Assembly: GCA_965214095.1 (NCBI GenBank)
Contig: OZ243938.1
Coordinates: forward strand, 4,800,001-4,864,000
DNA from: Candidatus Poribacteria bacterium
Lineage (GTDB): Bacteria; Poribacteria; WGA-4E; WGA-3G
Length of the DNA stretch: 64,000 nucleotides
Direction of reading: 5' to 3'
Part shown: positions 35,595 to 45,548 of the stretch, in pieces
Layout: every line of letters begins with the position of its first letter
How positions within the stretch are numbered: position 1 is the stretch's first letter
The notes under the pieces: generated by a model
The model's input: the letters and a program-made list of their open reading frames with translations, nothing else
Databases searched by the model: none
Told to the model about the DNA's origin: nothing
Translations under genes and position numbers: made by a program

Positions 35595-38483
35595 TTATTT
35601 CAAAATCAACATTTTACGCGTCGCTGTATACTTTCCAGCAGTTAGTGTATAATAATAGACACCGCTTGAAACGAATTCACCTAAGTTGTTTGTACCATCC
35701 CAATACGCTGCATTATCCTTGTGTTGATAATGTCCAGCAGATTGATTACCAATATCTAATGTACGTATCAAATGTCCATCCGTAGCATAGATATGAATAG
35801 CCACAGCTGCGGATTCAGACAATTGGTATGGAATCCAAGTTTCAGGATTGAATGGATTCGGGAAGTTTGGTAACAGGACAGTTTCTATCGGTGTTAATGC
35901 TACAAGTAGTTGTTCCAAAACTAAAATACCACGTTGGAAGGTAGGATCTGTCAATGTCAATTGTTTTGCTTCATCCAACCACGCTTGCACTTCTGATCTT
36001 GTAAAAGTATGCTCAACACCGTCCATCCATTTTGCGGGTGCAGCTGGAGTAGAAGAAGCCATTGCTGCGGCTACAATTGTCAGATCCACAATATCAACAA
36101 TACCATCACCATTGACATCTGCAAGATTGTCTCCCTCCTGTGAAAAGTTTGATGCAACTAAAGTCAAATCTTGAATGTTCACAACACCATCACCATTTAG
36201 GTCACCTTGTCGACGCATAGGTTCAGTTATCTGTGCCACACCAACACGCGCGTAATATACATTCCCTGAGATGTCGGTCAACCTAACCTTAGAAACAGTG
36301 ATCGTGGACGGCTTAAGGGAAACAACTTCAAATGTTAGGTCAGCCAAGGTACCCATCCCAAAACTCTGTCCACCAAGCGATGTCGCAGCAATCGTGACAG
36401 TATTCTCCTCAATAATAGGTGATACAGAATATGCCCCAGATGCAAGGAAATCTGAATTTGAACTACTCACATAACGTAAAGCGGATTCATCATATCTGAT
36501 GGTAGCTTGGTATCCAAAAAGACTACCTGCATTGGTTATATTAAGGTTGAATGTGAGGAGACCACCGATTGCCGGAGATTGTATGGGAGTTGGAGAAAGA
36601 CTTACAGTAGGATATGAGGTTAAGGGTGGCGTATAATTCCAAACAAGGACTGTGCCATCAGAACTTGCACTTGCAAGTGAATTGCTGTTCGGATTAAATG
36701 CAACACTAAGTACCCCACTTGTGTGTCCAGTAAGTGTCTCCAAAAGTTCCCCAGAAATAGTATCCCATAGGCGAACTGTGTTATCGTTACTTCCACTCGC
36801 AAGAATGTCACCACTACTATTAAATGCTACACTCCAGACTAAATCGGTATGTTCAGTAAGTCTTTCCAATTCAACACCGAAGATAGTATCCCACAATCGC
36901 ACAGTACCATCATCACTACCACTTGCAAGTATATTTCCATTGGGACTAAATGCAACACTTCTCACATAATTGGTATGTCCAACAAGAGATTTTATAAGTT
37001 CACCAGTACCTGCATCCCAGAGTCGTATTGTTTCATCCGTACTGCCACTTGCAATCATTTTGCCATCTGGACTGAATGCAACACTCAGTATTGAACCACC
37101 TTCTGGTTCAAGTGTCATAATGTGACCACCATAGAGAGCATCCCATAGACGTATCGTTCCATCTTCACTACCACTAACCAATCTAAATCCATCAGGACTA
37201 TATGCAACGCTCCAGATCCAATCTGTATGTCCTTCATAAGTTCTCTGATGTTCACCTGTGGAGCTATCCCACAGTCGTATTGTTCCATCATCACTGCCAC
37301 TTGCAATCGTCCTTCCATCAGGACTGTATACTACGCTCCAGATCCAATCCTCATGTCCTAACAACATCTGATTATGTTGACCTGTATTTGCATTCCACAA
37401 GTTTATTACGTTATCAGAACCACTACTGGCAATTGTGCTGCCGTCAGTACTAAATGTTGTGTCTAATATATAACCAGTATATCCTGTAAGTGCTTGTCGT
37501 TGTCCACCAAATATCGCATCCCATAGTCGGACCGTTCCATCTGCGCCGCCACTCGCAATCGTCCCACCAGTAGAATTGAAGTCAACACTAAGCACCACAT
37601 TCGTGTGGCCAGTAAGTACTTGTTGCGCTTGACCTGTTACGGAATCCCATAAAAGGACAGTGCCATCAGCACTACTACTTGCAATTGTATTCCCATTCGG
37701 ACTATATGCCACATCATATACAAAACTTTGATGTCCAATGAGTGTTTGCTTCAAAACCCCAAAGGCAGTATACCACAGGCGGATTGTTCCATCACGACTG
37801 GCACTTGCAAGGGTTGATTCAGTTGGACTAAAAGCGACACTATAAATAGAATCTTCATGACCTATAAGAATGTGTTCCTGTTCTCCTGTCGCAACATCCC
37901 ATATCTGAACAGAGGTATCTAAACTTCCGCTTGCAAGTGTCATCCCTGTAGTACTGAAAGTAAGACTGGTAACAGAATCAAAATGACCTGAAAGTGTTCT
38001 TTGATATTCTCGTGTAGAATAATTCCAAAGTCGTATAGTTGTATCACTACTACCACTCGCAAGCGTCTGACCATCCGAACTAAATGCTACACTTAAAACA
38101 GCATCTGTGTGTCCACTGAATGTATGTAAATGTGAACCTGTGGCAACATCCCACAGCCATATAGAACCATTAGCATTCCCACTCGCAAGCGTCTGACCAT
38201 CTTGACTAAAGGCAACACTATAGACTGTCTCAGTATCACCTGTTAGTAGAGCTGTTTCTGTATAAGTTTGTGTATCATAAAGCCAAATACCAATAGAACT
38301 GACAACTGCTAAATGTGAGCCGTCTGAAGAATATTCAACTTCACTTAACCTGCCTTTACCAAGACGCGCAGTAGCATCCTCAGGTAGATTTAATTGACTA
38401 GAGGTTTGAGCAAAGACGTTAGTCAGGAATAGTGGTGAAATAGTAAGTAAAATTAACAAAGAAAATAATCCGTTTGTTTTCAT
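35595..38483 (-). CDS. secreted WD40 + cohesin + dockerin + C-terminal domain protein
   Basis: ATG 38483 behind GGAG gives a signal peptide; regular WD40 repeats; cohesin-like GLLTFNLNITNAGSLFGYQATIRYDESALRYVS...GTLADLTFEV; GDLNGDGVVNIQDL dockerin; PNPFNPETW. Confidence 0.9.
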   Translation of the reverse strand: MKTNGLFSLLILLTISPLFLTNVFAQTSSQLNLPEDATARLGKGRLSEVEYSSDGSHLAVVSSIGIWLYDTQTYTETALLTGDTETVYSVAFSQDGQTLASGNANGSIWLWDVATGSHLHTFSGHTDAVLSVAFSSDGQTLASGSSDTTIRLWNYSTREYQRTLSGHFDSVTSLTFSTTGMTLASGSLDTSVQIWDVATGEQEHILIGHEDSIYSVAFSPTESTLASASRDGTIRLWYTAFGVLKQTLIGHQSFVYDVAYSPNGNTIASSSADGTVLLWDSVTGQAQQVLTGHTNVVLSVDFNSTGGTIASGGADGTVRLWDAIFGGQRQALTGYTGYILDTTFSTDGSTIASSGSDNVINLWNANTGQHNQMLLGHEDWIWSVVYSPDGRTIASGSDDGTIRLWDSSTGEHQRTYEGHTDWIWSVAYSPDGFRLVSGSEDGTIRLWDALYGGHIMTLEPEGGSILSVAFSPDGKMIASGSTDETIRLWDAGTGELIKSLVGHTNYVRSVAFSPNGNILASGSDDGTVRLWDTIFGVELERLTEHTDLVWSVAFNSSGDILASGSNDNTVRLWDTISGELLETLTGHTSGVLSVAFNPNSNSLASASSDGTVLVWNYTPPLTSYPTVSLSPTPIQSPAIGGLLTFNLNITNAGSLFGYQATIRYDESALRYVSSSNSDFLASGAYSVSPIIEENTVTIAATSLGGQSFGMGTLADLTFEVVSLKPSTITVSKVRLTDISGNVYYARVGVAQITEPMRRQGDLNGDGVVNIQDLTLVASNFSQEGDNLADVNGDGIVDIVDLTIVAAAMASSTPAAPAKWMDGVEHTFTRSEVQAWLDEAKQLTLTDPTFQRGILVLEQLLVALTPIETVLLPNFPNPFNPETWIPYQLSESAAVAIHIYATDGHLIRTLDIGNQSAGHYQHKDNAAYWDGTNNLGEFVSSGVYYYTLTAGKYTATRKMLILK

Positions 38484-38648
38484 TATGGAGTGTCTCCGTT
38501 TCTGTAATATTCCAAATAGAAATGCGGTTTGCATTTTTTAAATCCTTTCTCTTGTTTAGTGTATTTAATAGGCGTATTCAATCACGAGATAACCTCTAAG
38601 GCTTATGTAACATAATCAGTTAAAGCGTGATGTCTATACAAAGTTACC

Positions 38649-39485
38649 TTATGACCAAACATAAATTTCGTCATCGTCAGGAGAATAACCGATAAACACT
38701 GCCAAAACAATTCTGGCGCGTGTTCCTTGAACAGCAGGAACTTCGTGGATACATTGTGTATTGAAAAAGTAGAGATCCCCCTGTTTCAAATCAACTTGAC
38801 AGTTCTCTATACTATTCTCAGCAGCATATTGGTCGAATGTTTCTTCAGCAATGTAAGGTTGAACAGTTTCTGACCATAGACAACGGTGTAATATGGCTTG
38901 AGTTCCCTTCCCATTTGCATCTGCATTTTGAACACATAAAACACCTGCGAATTGGTGTTCAAAACGATAGACAGCATAATCAGTTCGTTGTTCGCGATAT
39001 TTTACACTGTCAATGTGTGGCTTGTAACTATGCGTTTCATAATGCACGCGAAAGATGGCAGGACCATAGAGAGAACCATCTTCTTCACGTGCAACCTTAA
39101 CATCCTTTCCTGGAGAAAGTGCCGCAAGTGATTCATAAATCAGGTGGACTGGATTGTCAAATCCATCAAACAGATGTTTAAAAAGATGGTGTGTGGCTTT
39201 CGCGTGTGCCAAAAAACCTTCTTTGTCATTTCCGCGATTACCAAGGCTTGTTCCAATATCAATACGCGTCCGTTTGTCTGCTGAGTTCATATCAACTTCA
39301 TCTCGCATCAATCCCATATTGGTAAAACGATTGATAAGACCGCCACATTGTTCTGCAGAATATGCATTTCGGAGAATAATAGCAGGAATCTCTGCTTGGG
39401 ATAGTGAATAGACTGGATCTTTATAGTTGGCACAAACTGTCTTGAGATCAGGCTCAGCAGGCTGCCATTTTGTTTGAGATTTCAT
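38649..39485 (-). CDS. 2OG-Fe(II) oxygenase-like protein
   Basis: PHID, LKQGDLYFFN..CIHEV, RIVLAVF double-stranded beta-helix motifs; ATG 39485 behind GGAG. Confidence 0.75.
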   Translation of the reverse strand: MKSQTKWQPAEPDLKTVCANYKDPVYSLSQAEIPAIILRNAYSAEQCGGLINRFTNMGLMRDEVDMNSADKRTRIDIGTSLGNRGNDKEGFLAHAKATHHLFKHLFDGFDNPVHLIYESLAALSPGKDVKVAREEDGSLYGPAIFRVHYETHSYKPHIDSVKYREQRTDYAVYRFEHQFAGVLCVQNADANGKGTQAILHRCLWSETVQPYIAEETFDQYAAENSIENCQVDLKQGDLYFFNTQCIHEVPAVQGTRARIVLAVFIGYSPDDDEIYVWS

Positions 39486-39574
39486 ACGCGTCTCCAAAAG
39501 TTGTGTTTCCTGACTTAAATACGAAAATTGCTGTTCAGATAGATGCCGGGAAGGTGGTTTTTGTTGCCAATTAC

Positions 39575-40399
39575 TTAAAATTTAGGATTGAAGAGATAAT
39601 CATCCAATTTCTCTTTGACAAATTCTGCATTATGATCAAGTTCACTGTTCTCAAATGCTTTTTCGCAACCAGTCTGATATTTCAACCGTCTCCTTGAACG
39701 GAGCCAATGGATACGGTGAATCATCGCGATCATGTGGCGCGGTTTGTCAGATTGGTTTGGAACACCCCTATGCCAAAGACGCATATCACGTATTAAGGCA
39801 CTCCCTTTTTTCGCATTTCCCCGAATTGGTGGTGCGGTTTCACGACGTTCAGCTTCATGGTCATCATCAATATGTCTGCCACTCACATCCAGATGCGAAC
39901 CAGGCCACAACTCTACACTCCCATTCTCCTCTGATGTATCTTGCGGTGATATATTAACAACTACCTCTGCCGTTGGATGAGCAACTTCCTGATTCTGCCA
40001 TAAATGATCACTATCTCGATGTAGCGGTTGTATACCACTACCCGGGCAGTTCGTGTTCCCATTATAAAAATTGTTGTAGACTCCATCTCCAAGCAATTCT
40101 TTTGTCACCTGTATGACATAAGGATTCGCAACAATGTCGCTAAAAATATAAGGTGCAAACGGTGGAGGTCCCTGTTGTAGATGTCCTTTGAGCATTCCTG
40201 CACCACCCCATTTTCCAGCTTCAATCAACTTTTGCGAATCGGCATCCATGCGTTCCCTCAAAATATCCAGATGTTCATCTTTAATGATGTTTTCCAGAAC
40301 AACATACCCATCAATAAGAATCGCTTCAACGGCTTGTTTGACATGTTTATCAGAAAGTGTACCCGAAGATAATTCTTTTGGTTTAACTGTTATGACCAT
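39575..40399 (-). CDS. phytanoyl-CoA dioxygenase (PhyH) family protein
   Basis: QPLHRD, ENGSVELWPGSH, RDMRLWHRG. Confidence 0.88.
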   Translation of the reverse strand: MVITVKPKELSSGTLSDKHVKQAVEAILIDGYVVLENIIKDEHLDILRERMDADSQKLIEAGKWGGAGMLKGHLQQGPPPFAPYIFSDIVANPYVIQVTKELLGDGVYNNFYNGNTNCPGSGIQPLHRDSDHLWQNQEVAHPTAEVVVNISPQDTSEENGSVELWPGSHLDVSGRHIDDDHEAERRETAPPIRGNAKKGSALIRDMRLWHRGVPNQSDKPRHMIAMIHRIHWLRSRRRLKYQTGCEKAFENSELDHNAEFVKEKLDDYLFNPKF

Positions 40400-41747
40400 C
40401 AAAAAATTCCTTGTAAAGTGCTTGAACGGCAATTTCCATATCAGATGACTTTACACCGAACATCATACTTACCTCATTCGAACCTTGGTTGATAATTTCT
40501 ATATTTACATCAGACTTTGCTAAGGCACAGGTCGCCTGCGCGGCTACGCCAACAGTATGCTGCATCCCTTCACCAACAACCATGATGAGAGATAACCCGC
40601 GTTCAACAGAGACATCTTCTGGAGCAAGTGTTTGCGTTATCTTTTCTACAACACGTTTCTCTTTCTCTAATGGTAAGTTCTGTTCGCGTATGATGACTGA
40701 CATGTTGTCAATACCTGATGGAACATGTTCAAAAGAGATGTTCTCTGCTTCCAATATCTGTAATAAACGTCTACCAAATCCTATCTGACGATTCATCAGA
40801 TATTTGCTGAGATATACACAACAGACATTGCTTATCGCTGCGATGCCAACAACTGGCGTTTCTCTTGAGTTACATTGAGGAACAATTAAAGTGCCTGCAG
40901 CTTCAGGATTATTTGTATTTCGGATATGAACAGGCACCATAGCACGATACACCGGTTCAAGTGCTTCATCGTGGAACACTGAAAAACCAGCATAAGATAA
41001 CTCGCGCATTTCACGGTAAGTAAGTTCTGATATTGGAGCGGGGTCTGAAACTATGGATGGGTTGGCAGCGAACACAGAGTCAACATCTGTGAAGTTCTCA
41101 TAGACTTCTGCACGAACAGCACTCGCAAGAATTGCACCCGTAATATCTGAACCACCACGGGAAAAGGTTACAATGTGACCATCACTTGAATAACCAAAGA
41201 ATCCGGGAAAAATCGTGATACCCGGACGTTCCCTTAAGTTACGCAAACGGTTATACGCTTCTGGCAGGACATGTGCATTTCCAGGTTCATCTGAAAGGAG
41301 TAGTCCAGCATCTTTCGGATTAACATAGTGTGCATCCACTCCATCTGACTGTAAAACCTGAGCAATCAAACGGGCACAATTATCTTCGCCTCCCGCCTTC
41401 ATCGTATCCATATATAGATCCGAATCATCTGTGTCACCTTCAAGTCGTTCTGTAAAGTCGCGTGCAATAGATTCAACTATCTCTGCGGGTAGTTCCAATT
41501 CCGCTGCAATATCCTGATAACGTTCAATCGCTTCTGCACACTCAGATGCACCAATCTTTCCCATCAAACGTTGTGATGCTGATGCAATCAGCAGATCAGT
41601 TACTTTAATGTCATTGCTGTGCCGCTTTCCGGGGGCAGATACTACGACTATCCTGCGGGCAGGGTCATCGGTAATGATATCACAGACTCGACGAACCTGC
41701 TCTCCAGTGGCGAGAGAACTCCCGCCAAACTTTGATACTTTTAACAA
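40383..41747 (-). CDS. lysC: aspartate kinase
   Basis: KFGGSSLA, VVSAPGKR, TFSRGGSDITG, TYREMRELSY, ACT domains; TTG start behind GGAGG. Confidence 0.92.
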   Translation of the reverse strand: MLKVSKFGGSSLATGEQVRRVCDIITDDPARRIVVVSAPGKRHSNDIKVTDLLIASASQRLMGKIGASECAEAIERYQDIAAELELPAEIVESIARDFTERLEGDTDDSDLYMDTMKAGGEDNCARLIAQVLQSDGVDAHYVNPKDAGLLLSDEPGNAHVLPEAYNRLRNLRERPGITIFPGFFGYSSDGHIVTFSRGGSDITGAILASAVRAEVYENFTDVDSVFAANPSIVSDPAPISELTYREMRELSYAGFSVFHDEALEPVYRAMVPVHIRNTNNPEAAGTLIVPQCNSRETPVVGIAAISNVCCVYLSKYLMNRQIGFGRRLLQILEAENISFEHVPSGIDNMSVIIREQNLPLEKEKRVVEKITQTLAPEDVSVERGLSLIMVVGEGMQHTVGVAAQATCALAKSDVNIEIINQGSNEVSMMFGVKSSDMEIAVQALYKEFFDGHNS

Positions 41748-41820
41748 TCCAAATCCTCCATAAATAAAATATGATATTAACTACAATTATACCATATTAT
41801 TTCTGAATTAGCAGGGTTAT

Positions 41821-42020
41821 TTATAGTAAAGTTTAGAATTAAGAAGACATTTCAATGCACTTGCAAGTACCACAAGTCCCGTAGGGACGCGGTTTCCTCG
41901 CCCTCTGAGGTTAAATTCCCCAAGCAGTTAGGTTCGGTTTCCTAACCTAACTGCTTGGGTTAATCACTAAGTTGACAACTATAGGTTAGGTGTCAACTAA
42001 ATCTGAGGATTCACACTATA
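41821..42020. mobile_element. MITE-like element family 3 (TTATAGTAAA...CACTATA) with REP and hairpin cargo
   Basis: outer ends resemble family 1; interior has GTAGGGACGCGGTTTCCTCGCCCT, CCCAAGCAGTTAGG...CCTAACTGCTTGGG and AGTTGACA...TGTCAACT hairpins. Confidence 0.65.
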
Positions 42021-42031
42021 TCAAATAGAGC

Positions 42032-43099
42032 TTACCTCTTTCGGGTCTGTCCTTCAAACGGAGTCCGAAGATCATACTTACCTTCTTCAAGTACAGGAAG
42101 CGTTCCATCGTTCACCATCAACTCTAATGGCAATTCTTTAGTTTCAAGCGGCATATTGACCACATCCTTAATTCGCAATGATTCATATATAGCCATCATA
42201 ATTTCAATGGTATACCGCGCTTGTTCGCCTCTTCCTCTATGCGTTGGTATTTTACCCTCTATCCATTCAATCAATTCTTGGTACTGATTCTTGGGTTCTG
42301 GTGGAGGCGTAATTGTCTGCCACCCTTTCGCATCGTTGTTCTGGAGCAGTACTGTACCGTTATCACCGTTACGAATTTGTCCCTCTGTACCGGCAACTAT
42401 CGGCATTGATACACCAGGATCCGGTAAGTCACCTTCATAAATGGCACGTGCGCCACCTTCAAAACATACTAATCCCATACATAAATCTTCACAGATTGTC
42501 CTGCGTTCCCATCGATCTGTGGTACGAGATGTTGTTCCAATTACCCACAAAGTCTCAGGATCAGACAACATAAAACGCCATCCATCTATCGCATGTGTAC
42601 CAGTATTCAACAAACCCGCGTGTGCCTTGGCACGATGGTGAAGCGTGGTCGGTTGTCCTATTGCACCAGATGCTACAAGTCGTTGAATTTCTATGCTGGC
42701 TGCACTGTATCTTCTTTGGTGACCAATGACAAGTTTTACATCGTTCTCTTCACATGCATTTAGCATTTCGTCTGCTTGACCAAGTGAAGCAGCCATCGGT
42801 TTTTCTCCCATGATACCCTTCACACCAGCTTTCGCTGCTGCAACTGTCGCTTCTGAACGTGGCCCCTGCCAAGTCGTTATGCTGACGATATCCAAATCTT
42901 CTTTCGCTAACATTTCATCAACATCTGTGTAAGTAGCTGACATACCGAATTCCTCTGCTACCTTTTTCGCAGATTCTTCATAGATATCCATCGCAGCAAC
43001 AAGTTCAACATTTTCATGTTTTTGCCATGAACGAGAATGAGACCTACCCATGCCACCACAACCGATAATTCCAATGCGATACTTCTGATTCGTTGCCAT
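42032..43099 (-). CDS. Gfo/Idh/MocA family oxidoreductase
   Basis: GIIGCGGMG, EKPMA, IGHQRRY, GTHAID; ATG 43099 behind AAGGAG. Confidence 0.9.
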   Translation of the reverse strand: MATNQKYRIGIIGCGGMGRSHSRSWQKHENVELVAAMDIYEESAKKVAEEFGMSATYTDVDEMLAKEDLDIVSITTWQGPRSEATVAAAKAGVKGIMGEKPMAASLGQADEMLNACEENDVKLVIGHQRRYSAASIEIQRLVASGAIGQPTTLHHRAKAHAGLLNTGTHAIDGWRFMLSDPETLWVIGTTSRTTDRWERRTICEDLCMGLVCFEGGARAIYEGDLPDPGVSMPIVAGTEGQIRNGDNGTVLLQNNDAKGWQTITPPPEPKNQYQELIEWIEGKIPTHRGRGEQARYTIEIMMAIYESLRIKDVVNMPLETKELPLELMVNDGTLPVLEEGKYDLRTPFEGQTRKR

Positions 43100-43122
43100 A
43101 TTCTTATACTCCTTAGATTCAG

Positions 43123-43260
43123 TTATAGTAAAAACCACAATTATTTACACACGACGGTAGGTTCGGTTTCCTAACCGAACCGGTGTTTGTTCAGTCTCAT
43201 AGATGCGGTTAGGAAACCGCATCTACCGCGGAGTGTGCACGTGTTTTTACATTTCACTAG
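43123..43260. mobile_element. MITE-like element family 1 copy
   Basis: near-identical to 13231-13371 and 51551-51689. Confidence 0.85.
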
Positions 43261-43393
43261 AAGACTTCAAAGACAGATCATTTTGTATAATGTATCAATT
43301 TCTACAGAATGCGTCAACATGTTTTCAAACACAATTCTATATTGACGGAACCACTGTTTTCTGATAAATTGATGTCAACAAGAACAAAACACA

Positions 43394-44119
43394 ATGAGTG
43401 ATTATAAAGTGACAACGTGTCTAATAGTTTTCGTTAAAAACCCAATACCAAATCAAGTTAAAACGCGCCTACTACCTGCATTATCCGCAGAACAAGCGGC
43501 AGCATTATACAGGGCATTTCTAACTGATTGGTGTGCTGCACTTAGGACACTATCCAATATTGATCTGATAATTGCATATACACCACCAGAGAGTCTGTCC
43601 GATTTAGAGAAATTGATTGGAAAACATGTAACCTACATACCTCAAAATGGAATAGATCTTGGGGAACGACTCACCAACGCAACGAAGTATGGTGTAGAAA
43701 ACGGGTATGAAAAGGTTATTATCGTCGGATCCGACAGTCCAACACTTCCCATATCATTTATATCTGATGCTGTCGTAGGTCTTGATACTCGTGATGCAGT
43801 CATCGGTCCAACTGTAGATGGTGGGTATTATCTTATCGGTTTCGCTACAAATATTCTATCTGATGCATTACCTACTATCTTTGAGGGTATTTCATGGAGT
43901 ACCGCGAAAGTAATGCAACAGACATTAAACCGTATTCAAAACATCAAAGCATCGCTCAAACTACTTCCACCGTGGTATGATATAGACACTCCTGAAGATT
44001 TAGCATTATTAGATACGCATTTACAGGCAATACGATATGCAGAGGGATCAACTCAAGCAGAAAAAACTGATAGACTTATTCAAAAATTGATAAAGGAGAA
44101 TTCACTATGGGAAAATTAG
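43394..44119 (+). CDS. DUF2064 / CofC-like transferase (TIGR04282-like)
   Basis: VFVKNP.P..VKTRL, Q.G.DLGERL, GSDSPTL, IGPTVDGGYYLIG, WYDIDTPEDL. Confidence 0.85.
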   Translation: MSDYKVTTCLIVFVKNPIPNQVKTRLLPALSAEQAAALYRAFLTDWCAALRTLSNIDLIIAYTPPESLSDLEKLIGKHVTYIPQNGIDLGERLTNATKYGVENGYEKVIIVGSDSPTLPISFISDAVVGLDTRDAVIGPTVDGGYYLIGFATNILSDALPTIFEGISWSTAKVMQQTLNRIQNIKASLKLLPPWYDIDTPEDLALLDTHLQAIRYAEGSTQAEKTDRLIQKLIKENSLWEN

Positions 44120-44838
44120 ATGGAAAAGTTGCAATTGTAACGGGTGGTAATAGAGGAATTGGCAAAGCTATCGCAAAAGGATTGGCATCCGAGGGTGCAA
44201 GCCTAACTATCGCTGCAAGAGATGCAGAACTACTCACGCAAACAGCAGATGAACTTCGCGAAAAAGGTGCAGATGTTCTTGCCGTACCAACCGATGTTAC
44301 CAAAGAGGAACAAATCAAATCTCTATTTGAAAAAGCAATGGCAGAATATAATCGCTTAGATATTCTTGTCAATAATGCAGGTGCATTTGATGGAGGTCCG
44401 ATTGACGAACTCTCAACAGAAGCATGGGATAAAGTAATAGGTGTGAACCTTCGCGCACCTTTTCTCTGCTCACGCGAGGCGATGCGGATAATGAAAGCAC
44501 AAGGTGAGGGTGGACGTATCATAAATGTTGGCAGCATCTCAGCACACCGCGTCCGACCAAATAGTGCTCCATACAGTTCAAGTAAATTTGGAATATGGGG
44601 GTTGACACAAGTAACTGCTTTGGAGGGTAGACCCCATGGAATTACTGCAAGTTGCTTACAACCCGGTAACACTTTCGTAGAAAGAATACAAAACCGTCCA
44701 GAGCCTCCATCTGAACCGATGATGAACGTTGACGACCTCGCACAGGCAGCTGTGCTTATGGCAACACTTCCACCGAATATGAATATGTTAGAAGCAACGG
44801 TGCTACCTGTTGAACAACTCTACGTCGGACGTGGTTAA
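44107..44838 (+). CDS. short-chain dehydrogenase/reductase
   Basis: TGGNRGIG, NNAG, YSSSK. Confidence 0.93.
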   Translation: MGKLDGKVAIVTGGNRGIGKAIAKGLASEGASLTIAARDAELLTQTADELREKGADVLAVPTDVTKEEQIKSLFEKAMAEYNRLDILVNNAGAFDGGPIDELSTEAWDKVIGVNLRAPFLCSREAMRIMKAQGEGGRIINVGSISAHRVRPNSAPYSSSKFGIWGLTQVTALEGRPHGITASCLQPGNTFVERIQNRPEPPSEPMMNVDDLAQAAVLMATLPPNMNMLEATVLPVEQLYVGRG

Positions 44839-44881
44839 TTTGAGATACGCTCAAGTAGAATCTTTAGACAATAAATCACAC

Positions 44882-44962
44882 TACTGTTCTGTCTACACTA
44901 ATCTTGTAGGTCGTGTAGAGGCACGAAACCCGACATGCAATGTCCGAGTGGACACTCCACTA
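44882..44962. mobile_element. MITE-like element family 2, short copy with one REP arm
   Basis: reverse complement of both ends of 22321-22450 with the middle missing. Confidence 0.8.
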
Positions 44963-45062
44963 CATCACATTTCAATTGACAATTTATTCAGTAATACGTT
45001 ACAATCTCTTTACTCACAGATTTAAATCTGAATTGCCTATCAAATAAGGAAGAACAGCACTC

Positions 45063-45548
45063 ATGCATAACACATACACAATCTTCTCTGCTGTTGTAAT
45101 TGTTGCCATAGCCATTCTAATTGGTTGTACAAATATGACAGAACAGAGAACTGACGATGGTTTGGAAGAATCAGGAACTGAACTTGCCTTAGACGAAACC
45201 TATGATAAGGTTAGAAAGGGTGCGCGCCTTATTATGAATTACGATTCCCAAAGTAACACCTTCAAAGGTTCTGTTGAAAACACGACTGATGAAGTTTTGA
45301 AGCAAGTTAGAGTTGAAGTCCACTTGTCAAATGGAAATGAACTCGGACCGACTCCCGCATTTGACCTCAAACCCGGTGAAAAAAGAAATGTCGCATTTGT
45401 CGTAACTATTAAAGATTTTGATAAATGGACTGCACACCCTGAAGTCGGTGAAGGAGAGCATACCGCAGATGGAGAACATGACGAAAATGACTCTGAACAT
45501 GGTGGAGAACACGACCGTGAAAGTGAGGAAAAAGGAGAACATGACTAA
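45063..45548 (+). CDS. lipoprotein with FxLYD-like Ig domain and His/acidic tail
   Basis: lipobox LIGC; GSVENTT..L..VRVEVHL; tail with GEH repeats. Confidence 0.75.
   Translation: MHNTYTIFSAVVIVAIAILIGCTNMTEQRTDDGLEESGTELALDETYDKVRKGARLIMNYDSQSNTFKGSVENTTDEVLKQVRVEVHLSNGNELGPTPAFDLKPGEKRNVAFVVTIKDFDKWTAHPEVGEGEHTADGEHDENDSEHGGEHDRESEEKGEHD

Noticed and set aside
41750-42030. lysine riboswitch upstream of lysC
   Set aside because: The hairpins belong to the REP/MITE family and I see no riboswitch consensus.
44076-44672. 198-aa minus-strand ORF
   Set aside because: Typical antisense frame of an SDR gene.
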